From NCBI GenBank assembly GCA_964016885.1, contig OZ024743.1, forward strand, positions 257,176,001 to 257,240,000: a stretch of DNA of 64,000 bases, given 5' to 3'. Below the pieces are notes generated by a model, which was given only the letters and a program-made list of their open reading frames with translations, ran no database searches and was not told the origin of the DNA. Each line of letters begins with the position of its first letter. Position 1 is the stretch's first letter. This document shows positions 54,464 to 64,000 of this stretch, in pieces. Both the position numbers and the translations under genes were made by a program. This DNA comes from Eledone cirrhosa (taxonomy: Eukaryota).

Positions 54464-55790
54464 GATGAATATAAAATGAAAGTGCTTTTATAAAGGAATT
54501 TATTAGGTATTGACATATGTTTCTGTAACAGACGGAATACCTATGTATCGCTGCTTGCGTAATCATATAATATTAGCACGTAATCGATAGCAAATGTATG
54601 ATCAGTTGTCACTTCTTCAGAGATATTGGATAAACTGGAAAAATCAGAAAAATCAAAGTATTTATATTAGTCGTAAGAAAGGAAGAGGAGGGGGGAAAGT
54701 ATATGACAGATGACATCTATATATATAAAGTAAAGATGGGCATTGTTTGGTGTTCCGAACTTGCATGCTACACCGTTCATCCAATTTTCATGAAACCTCA
54801 CACATATATAAAACTCAATGCGTAGAGTGGAATAGGTTACTTGAAATTTTCGAAAAATCGATAATTGGGCCCTATGACAGAATGTTTTTCGATTCCAATG
54901 ACATTTTATGTGAATTCGAACACAAGAACTCTTAGTTTACATCTGGCGCAATAAAAATAAATTTCATATACCCATACGTGCGTTATTGATTGGACGGCCA
55001 GCTGCATGTCTTCCCAGCTGTCTCAGTAAACGACCGACCATTAAAGAGTTTATCTTTTCATATTCCACCTTATTCAAGTGGAAATACAGTATTATGCCTA
55101 TCTGAAAAGGGAACCAAATTTAATGGTGTCTTTTGTGATGCTAAAAGCTGTGAGTAAATTTTCAAACAGTCTTAAATAATCATGCTTTTTGAAAAAAAAA
55201 ATTACTAAATAATACGTTGACCAAGTTGTATTGTACACATACAAAGTTGTAAAAAATGTTACGTCGTACCAATGTTTTCCTTTTTTAAACAAAAGATTCT
55301 AAAAAATTGCTTAATTTATAATACTACTGTTACAGTCTTTTGCACAGGAAGTGAGTAACTTTTCGGGTGTTTAAACGTGAGTTCACCAGGGTTTGTGTCT
55401 TCATTATTAGCCCACCTCTAATGGCATATTTTGTTCTGCTTACGACTAAATGTTATGAGCGTATTTGCAATTAATTGCGCTCACGTGCACACCTGCATGC
55501 AGATAGACACTGACAGCCAATGAACAATCGATAACTTGCTTATTAAGATATCGCTCAAAAAGAGAGATTGAATGTACTTTAGAACATTTTTTGAATATAT
55601 TGTTCTTTTTGGCATGATATGTCAGAAATATAGCTACTATACACTTTGGTTATTTTTTGTAACTAAAAACGGTTCCTTTTGGGTGGATACTTAACGAGAA
55701 AAATACTAGGGTTTTGGACAAGTTTGTTTCAGACGCTGTATAGACGCCTATTTTGTCACACCTTGGTCATGAATTCGTATTCTTTTCCAA

Positions 55791-56049
55791 TAGATATTTT
55801 CCGCTCTATAAGGCTCACCAGGATATAAGGCGTATCATTTAAAATCAGGTCCGTGCAACGGCGTGTAAGGCCAACCAGGAAAATGCTATCTTCTTTACTT
55901 TTAGTCTAGATCTATTACTTCTGTTAGAGCCGTGCTTGATTACCATTGTATTATTTATACATAAGGCTCACCGGAGTATAAAGCGCAGAGCTGTTTTTTG
56001 ATTAAATTTAATTATTTTAAGTGCAATTTATAGACCGGAAAATTCTGTA
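55791..56049. mobile_element. MITE nested in the Helitron 5' region
   Basis: Inverted termini attttccgctctataa / ttatagaccggaaaatt and an internal direct repeat ataaggctcacc. Confidence 0.55.
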
Positions 56050-56171
56050 AGTTATTGTAATCATATTTCCAAACCTTCCCATTCACCAGTAACCATCCTA
56101 ACGAATCTGGTGTCATCTCTCTCTGTATTTAATCACCTCTCTCTAACCTAACAGCTTCGTTACACGTCGTT

Positions 56172-59100
56172 ATGCCCACACGGAAACGTTCAAGACTTAC
56201 CTCCAAAAAAGGTACAGCTACTGCTTTGAGACAACGAATTAGGCGTTCTCGGGTATGAGTTCATTCACAATTGATTAATCCTTTATGCAATATTCTCCCT
56301 TAATGTTAGCAAGTACTGCGTTTATCATAACTGTCACCACTTTTAAGCAACTACAACATTCTAATCGTAGTTATATTAAATTTGTCTTACCTTGATTCCC
56401 TTTTGTTCATGTTAGACTTTTCTCATTTACTATTGACACTGCCATTGGTTTAGCTAACCAGTAGAATTAATTAATTTTCTCTAGGAAACACCTGCTGAGC
56501 GCGAATCTCGACTCGCTGATAGACGTCTTTCCCGGCTGGTTGAGTCACCAACATCACGTACGACAAGGCTTGCTGATGTTCGCCTTCGTCGCCAACAAGC
56601 GCTGGCGGAGGAATCACCAACATCCCGTCAGACGAGGCTTGCTGGGGTTCGCCTTCATCGTCAACAAGCACTTGCAGAGAAGTCCACGGCAGACATAGAC
56701 AACAGGCTTGCTGCTAAGCGTTCCCGGCATACGTTAACTACTACTACCAAGAGCTCAGGCTGGGTAAAAGCAGCCTTCAGATATAACCCCTCTAAGGATT
56801 ACGGACTTCTGCCTACAATTCCCATCGGTAAAATGGATAATGTCTGTACATCCTGCAACGCAATGAAGTGACCAGGTGAGACGCCTTCTATGTGTTGTGC
56901 AGGAGGTAAGGTGCAACTTGGAGCATTGGCTGACCCGCTATACGTTCTTATGAATCTACTTACAAGTGACGACAATAAGAGCTACAACGTTCCGCCGTAA
57001 TATGTGGAAATACAACTCCTGTTTCATGATGACCCCCTTTGGTGTAGACAATAACAACACCAACAACAGCGTGAACCCCAACAACAACGTTTTCACTACA
57101 TTCAGACTTCAAGGCCAATGCTACCATCGCATGGGTAGTCTTCGTCCGCGTCCAAAATGAAGAGCCAAAGTTTCTGCAGGTTTTCTTTTTGGGTGGAGGT
57201 GAGGCCGAGATTGACCAACGCTGCAAGTTAAACGAGGGTGTAGATAGGCGAATAATAGCAGGTCTGCAGACAATGCTCCATGTGACTCATCCCTACGTTC
57301 ACGATTTCAAGTTTGCCTTGGAACAAATTGAAACCACGCCGAACATCAAGGTGATTATAAGGGCTGACAGGCGACCAGCTGGCGAGCATGCCCGTCGTTT
57401 CAATGCACCAAATACCAATGAGGTAGCAGTGATTTTGGTTGGCGAGGAGCACGGTAAACGCGATATTGTCCTTCAGCACCGTGACAGTCGGCTGGTGTTT
57501 GCCACAGAGACACATAGATCGTATGATTGCCTTCAGTATCCTCTTTTATTCCCCCACGGAGAGGACGGATACAATTTTGCTCTTCGTCATGTAAATTATT
57601 CCAATGGTAGTGAATCACGGAAATCCATTTCATGCATGGACTTTTATGCCTACCGCTTTATGGTAAGGAGTGGAGATTTTAATCAGCTTCTTCGATTCAG
57701 GCAGCTGACGAATCAATACATTGTGGATATGTTTGCCAAAATCGAGGCAGAACGTCTGCTTTTTATTCGATTCAAACAAAGGAAACTGCGTGCGGAGGAA
57801 TACATCCATTTACAGGACGCCCTGATTCGTGATGGCTATGCCGGAAACGTTGGACAACAGGTGATCCTTCCATCAAGTTTCACAGGATCCCCTCGGTATA
57901 TGCACCAAAGAACTCAGGATGCAATGTCTTGCGTTCGTAAATTTGGCAGGCCTGATCTTTTCATCACTCTCACTTGCAATCCAAAATGGGAGGAAATTCA
58001 AACCTACTTCTTCCGTGGCCAGGTGAGTAGTAACAGGCACGACCTCATAGCCAGAGTCTTCCAGCAGAAACTCAAGAAATTGATGTGGCTACTGAAAGAC
58101 GGCAACATATTTGGTGGTCTTAATGCATGGATGTATACCGTGGAGTGGCAGAAGCGGGGACTACCACATGCTCACATCCTTATATGGTGCAAGGACAGGA
58201 TACGGCCAACGGACATGGACAACATTATTTGTGCAGAACGGCCCAATCCGCAAACTGATGTGCAATTGTTCAACACCGTGAGCAAACAATTGATGCACGG
58301 ACCCTGCGCGACCTTAACTTTAATTCACGTTGCATGGAGAATAACATGTACACTAAAAGGTTTCCACGACCTTTTACACGGGAAACACGCACAAGGATCG
58401 ACGGCTATCCTATCTATAGACGGCGCGCATCCGCGGATGGTGGGCTACAGCAAAAATAAAGCTGCACGGGCAGGAGATTGTCCTCGACAACAGGTGGGTG
58501 GTACCATATAACCCTCTTCTTGCGAAGATTTTTAATGCTAATATCAATGTTGAGTCAAGTACGTGGGTGAAGAGTATTAAGTACATATGCAAGTACATAA
58601 ACAAGGGAGGCGATATGGCTGGCAGTGCACAACCTGATGAAATACAACAATATCAAATCGGCAGGTACGTTTCATCCAATCAGGCGATTTGGAGGATTTT
58701 TGGTTTTGACATGCATCAGCGTTCACCAACAGTCGTAAACTTGAATATTCACTTGGAGAATGGGCAAAGAGTGTACTATACTGACGAAACCGCCAGCCGC
58801 ATGGTGGCCAACCCACCTGCAACAAAAGTAACGGCTTTCTTCCAATTGTGCCAAGAAGTTCCGTTTGCTAAAACGCTTCATTATGCCGACGTCCCAACCT
58901 ATTACACCTGGGCACATAATAAATGGACCAGGCGCCGACAGGGAGCACGCGTTTACGTGAACGGAGAAGACGTTTTTAAAAGCGATGCCATCGGGAGGGT
59001 GTACATAGTGCATCCAAATTACCATGAGTGCTTTTATTTACGTATGTTGCTACACAGTGTTAGGGGTCCTACTTCTTTCACTGAGCTACGGCGCATCAAT

Positions 59101-60905
59101 GGCAAACTCTGCACTACGTATAGGGAGGCATGTGCCAAACTTGGACTCTTGGAAGATGACGCTCAATGGGATCAGACTCTGGAGGAGGCTACTGCCTTCA
59201 AAGCACCAATTCAACTGCGCCAGCTGTTTTCGATCATGCTGATGGCATGCGGTTTGAGTGACCCCTTAAAGCTTTGGGAGGCACACAAAAACAGCATGGC
59301 GGAAGACTTCCTCCGCCGACTTCAGCGTCAGGACCCTACGGCTGGGTTTGAATATAATTCTGCTATCTACAACGAGGCCTTACTCGACCTAGATAAACGA
59401 GTCCAAGCAATGGGAGGTCAGGGCGTCGCTACCTTCGGTTTGTCCCAACCACAGCAAGCATCCAGTTCATTAAACATCGAGTACATGCGCGAGGTTAGCT
59501 ACAACCAGGTGCATTTGGCAGCTTATGTACAGCTCAACGAGCCTCGACTTTTGTCAGACCAGAGGACTGCCTACAACATGTTATTCTCCAGTATTGACTG
59601 CTAAGCGGGAGGTATTTTTTTCTTGATGCTCCGGCGGGAACAGGCAAAACCTTCATCAACTTGCTTCTGGCTAAAGTTAGGCAATGCGGACAAATTGCTT
59701 TAGGAGGGGCCTCCAGTGGCATAGCGGCAACCCTGATACATGGCGGTCGTACAGCCCATTCATTATTTAGGCTACCCTTAGATTTATCCAAGAGGGAATC
59801 GCCCACCTGCAATATCAGTCGCGGCTCGACAAAAGGCAAAATTCTGAACGAGTGCAACCTCATCATTTGGGATGGGGCGCCAATGAGCCATTAATGCGCC
59901 TTCGAGGCTCTCGACCGTACCCTTCAGGATCTTAGGCAGAATACACGGCTTATGGGTGGCGTGACAGTTTTGCTTGCTGGGGATTTTCGACAGACCCTTC
60001 CTATTATTTCGAAAGGAACAAGGGCAGATGCGGTGAACGCAAGCATCAAGTATTCCTACTTGTGGCAAAATATAAAAACGATGCATCTTACAACTAACAT
60101 GAGAGTCCATCTTAGTGGTGATGAAGAGACCGCGGTGTTCTCCAGGCAAATATTGGAAATAGGCAATGGCACTATAGTTGGCGAAAATGACGGTCCTATA
60201 TGTCTTCCGTTTGGGCATGTTGTACCTAAAGCCGAAAATCTCATGTCAACGGTGTTTCGTTACCTACCCAGAAATTACACTGATCCCGATTGGCTGAAGC
60301 AGCGCGCAATCTTAGCGCCGAAGAATTTCACTGTGGATGCATTCAATTTTAGACTCCTAGAACAACTCCCTAGTGATTTCATCAGTTACAAGTCCATAGA
60401 CTCTGTTCCCAACACGGACGAGGCGGTGCATTACCCGGTTGAATTTCTAAACAGCCTTACACCACAAGGACTTCCCCAGCATAACTTGCTACTTAAAAGA
60501 GGCTCTCCAGTTATGCTGTTAAGAAACTTAGACCCACCGAAACTTTGTAACGGAACTCGGCTGACCATTAAGACCATGATGTCAAAAGTCTTAGAGGCTA
60601 CTGTCTTAAATGGACCAGCCAGTGGTGAGGATGTCTTCATACCCAGAATACCGCTCATTCCATCCGATATGCCCTTTCAGTTTCGACGACTGCAATTTCC
60701 ATTGAAATTAAGCTTTGCAATGAGCATTAACAAGGCGCAAGGGCAGTCATTGCAGGTGATTGGCTTAGAACTTTCTGAACCTGTTTTTTCACATGGCCAG
60801 TTGTATGTTATGTGCTCAAGGGTCGGGAGTCCACAAAGCCTCTTCATCCATGCTCCTGAGGGCAAGACACAAAACGTCGTCTACCATGAGGCGTTAGAGG
60901 ATTAA
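56172..60905 (+). pseudogene. Helitron RepHel (HUH replication initiator plus PIF1-family helicase), with one intron and several stops/frameshifts
   Basis: Exon 1 56172-56252, GT-AG intron 56253-56484; CxxC..CC finger; Rep motifs FITLTCNPKW, VEWQKRGLPHAHILIW, KYICKYINKG; helicase DAPAGTGKT, LAGDFRQTLP, LTTNMR, FAMSINKAQGQS, FSHGQLYV; stops at 56869, 59602, 59892. Confidence 0.95.
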
Positions 60906-62949
60906 CACATGGTTACCCTCACACGAGCCCTTTTTCACTGCGAAACTCATTACACACAAATCATTTTGCAGTACTTTCTGCTTTACAAAAACCTCATCCA
61001 TCTCTAACATCATCTACCCTGGGGCCAATTCACCATTCAGAGCCTTAAAGCATCCCTTCGCGCACGCCGTTATCTATCAGCTTCATTGAGCATCACAATC
61101 CGGCAACCGAAAAACGCCATTCTTCTTGCCACCATTAATCGCGACTCCCGCCATGCAAAATACGTCTAATTTATCAGGATTATCCATCGTAAATCTCTTT
61201 ACATTAACGCTCACCATATTCAGCAAACATTTTATGACGATTCTTCCATTTCTTATATACGGACTATCAAGATTATACCGCCGCGCATCATCCTGTATTG
61301 CGCCCTGTCTTCTCAAGCGATCATCGAGCCTCATTTTGGCCGAGAAGCATCCTGTGTAGCATCGCGTCTTCTAAAGCGATCAACATGCCATCCACTGTCC
61401 TCACAATTGACTCACAACTCCTCATCTATACCCTGCGACGCCCCTAAACATCATCAGCATGGCTTATTTTTCTGCCGCGTTTAACCAGCCCTCATTCTAG
61501 GTCATAAACAACCAAACCACATGTCTATTTAAATTAATGGTCAAAATGTTCAGCAAAACAATTATACCAATTCTTCCCCTTCACCTCCAAGGCCTAGCCA
61601 TTATATCTTATAGGTCGGGATTCGCAATTTCTACGATTTCAATATTGAAACAACAATCCGTCAGGTTTTTCGGCACATTTTGCTCCGATAGGAATATCAA
61701 CGTGATTTTCACTTAATTCGTAATTGTTCAATCTTCCGTATGCTTTTATTTTTTTATACAACACCGGCTACAATCACCTAACTTCACTTTGTAGGGTAGA
61801 CGCGAATCACAAGGTGAACAATCCTGTGATATACAACACCACCAAATTCTTTGGTCTACCTAGATTTCAATGGCTATATCCATTGCTTTTGTACGGTTGT
61901 ACATTTGACAATGTCGCAAAACATTATTCCACTTGATTCTTACCTTTCAGCTATGAATTGGGCAGTGCCTTAAAATCCCGTTTTATTTGCGTGCAATTTT
62001 TTTTGTATCTTATGTATGGAGAATCGAAATCCCTTTTTCTCATAACCTGATACATGCGTTTCACATGCTCCATGGATGTTTGTGGACTATTTTTTTCAAA
62101 ATACCAATATCACAGATTAGAGCACAAAAGGAAACGTTTGATCTTCATTTATTTAAATCCAGCGCCTTATAAACCCGTGTGTATCCGGGTACACTAGCTA
62201 GAAAGAGAAATGGAACCATTGATTCCTCGGTCCGATTTGACGAAAGTAGATTTAGTTCCACAGCAAATTAACAAACCATACTTGAAGACACGTTGAGGCT
62301 GTTGCAAAGGGCAATAACCCTAGATACAATTTTGATCAACTTTTTTTCACCTATAGCAAATTTACCGGGACAGGTTTTTAACTATTCAAATCTACTTCAG
62401 AGATCACGCATTGATGTAAAAAAATCAATAAAACTGAAGCGGGGCTCGACTTTGCGCAAAAAAACAAGGCAAAGTTACACATGGGAAAACTTTTTACAGG
62501 AACTTCCGATATTCTTGAAAACTGTCACAAAAGACTCGCCATTATGCCGCGGTTAAGATAAAGGCCCTTTTAATTCTTCTTCTGCACATGTGAGCGCAAA
62601 AATTGTAAAAAAAAAAAAAAACCTGAAAAAAATCGACATTTTCACCCTGCTTTAAATTAACTGAACATTCAATATCAAGCGATTTTGACTTCCGTCAGTC
62701 GTGCAGAGAACAATTTCAACGATATACTGTATAACTACAATTAATAAATTACACACCTGCGTCTACTAACCTATTTTTTTTCATTGAAGTTCGAAGTTTT
62801 GAACCTGTGATGCGTGGGAAGTAACTTTCACACATTCTAACAGACCAAAGGTCGACTTACACCCGGGCAACGCCGGGTACTTCTGGTAGTATATATATAT
62901 AAACAAATATGTCTATGTGTGTGCGTGTGTGTGTGTGTGTGTGTGTACA

Positions 62950-63725
62950 TTCTTATAGCTGACTCTATGTCAAAATTAGAGTAGAAATTCCATCCTATGC
63001 TTCAAATGCAAACTATGGTTCACAAAAGATGTAGTGGGATCTCATGCAGGCAGCAAAGAATGTAGGTTTTGTATGTGGTTTATGCACAGGAAGAGTAAGT
63101 AGCAAGAGCTCATGAGAAAAAAGCTCCTTTCAGGGCTCTGTAGAATTAGGTAATAATTTCGTTTACATAGGGGACCAGATTAGCAGTGGAGATGGGTGTT
63201 CTGAAAATATAGTAACCAGAATGAGAATGAGGTGGAAAAACTCCAGAGAGCTTCTACCACTGTTACTTACAAAAGTTTTCCCCTCAAATTGAAAAATAAA
63301 TTGTATGAAGCTTGTGTACGAACAGTAATACTACATGGAAGTGAGACCTGGGCAATATCTGCAGAGGACCAATGAAGATTGGAAAGAAATTAAGAATGCA
63401 TGCTCCATGGATGTGAAATAGCAGTGTGTCTGAGTCACAAAGCATCTGTGAGCTAAAAGAGAAACTAGGCCTAAGTGAATTAGATGCAATGTAAGGGAGA
63501 GGTTGTAGTGGTTTGGACATATGATGCCTATGGAAGATATTAATTGTATACAAATTTGCAGGACACTAAAGTTGATGTAACTATGGAAAAGGAAGAGCTA
63601 TGAAAAATTTGGGAGGAAGTGATAAAAGCTGAACTTGCTCAATTAAACTTCAAAAAGGAGATGATTCAGGATCGAGACGTCTGACTTCATGGTATACTGA
63701 AGAAGTCCCACCTTACCATATGAAC
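62950..63725 (+). mobile_element. Old RTE 3' fragment of the PHD-type family
   Basis: Remnants of LIADS.., HKRCSGI, LHGSETW and WFGH, matching ORF 9171-10481. Confidence 0.8.
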
Positions 63726-64000
63726 CAAATGAAATGAAACAAACATGTAGAGGATACACTAGTGTGCATCAATCCTTTCTCCTAACCCCAACCCATTCAC
63801 TCTCCCCAGTCTTAATATTCAGCTCTCACTATGCACCTAGTCAATGTCAAATGTGCTTACATTGATATAGCCAAATGCCTTTCCTAACAATAACCAGATA
63901 TTTTGTCGTAGTACAAGGGGGTGTCTTTTTTTCCGTGTTGACATGAGGTATGGGTTGGGTTGACTGGTAAAGGGAATGAAAAACACACACCAAATTATTC

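Larger units (their letters stand above)
54716..62201 (+). mobile_element. Autonomous-type Helitron, decayed
   Basis: A|TCTATATATATAAAG 5' end; RepHel coding region; 3' hairpin acccg..cgggt (62173-62190) followed by CTAGCTAG. Confidence 0.9.
54388..62889 (+). mobile_element. Outer non-autonomous Helitron, split by the inner autonomous copy
   Basis: A|TCTATACATAAAAA at 54388; 3' hairpin acccgg-gcaacg-ccgggt (62861-62878) then ctgGTAG|T at 62889. Confidence 0.55.

Noticed and set aside
59620-60905. Host PIF1 helicase gene
   Set aside because: Fused to a HUH Rep domain, bounded by Helitron termini and disrupted by stops.

Overview
Eukaryotic, AT-rich, microsatellite-laden non-coding DNA dominated by transposable elements. 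The mix of CORE-type tRNA-SINEs with RTE tails, RTE LINEs, (TA)n/(CA)n tracts and Penelope relics suggests a mollusc, probably an octopus-like cephalopod (inference only). Main contents: (1) three adjacent RTE LINE copies at 4.6-10.4 kb whose RT carries an inserted PHD-type finger; (2) a near full-length, frameshifted R4/Dong-type RLE retrotransposon (29.5-33.2 kb, minus); (3) two back-to-back Penelope-like GIY-YIG fragments (39.6-41.4 kb); (4) a decayed autonomous Helitron (54.7-62.2 kb) with a spliced N-terminus carrying STPR-like 23-aa repeats, apparently nested in a second, non-autonomous Helitron; (5) many SINEs, MITEs and LINE scraps; (6) a recurrent set of fold-back elements with hammerhead-ribozyme-like cores, including a head-to-head pair of circularly permuted, terminally redundant units at 17-18 kb. 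No complete host gene is recognisable. A candidate minus-strand terminal exon (13.1 kb) and a candidate TATA promoter/5'UTR (33.2-33.8 kb) are reported at low confidence. Most listed ORFs are microsatellite read-through or antisense shadows of TEs. All alignments and coordinates were read by eye and boundaries are approximate.
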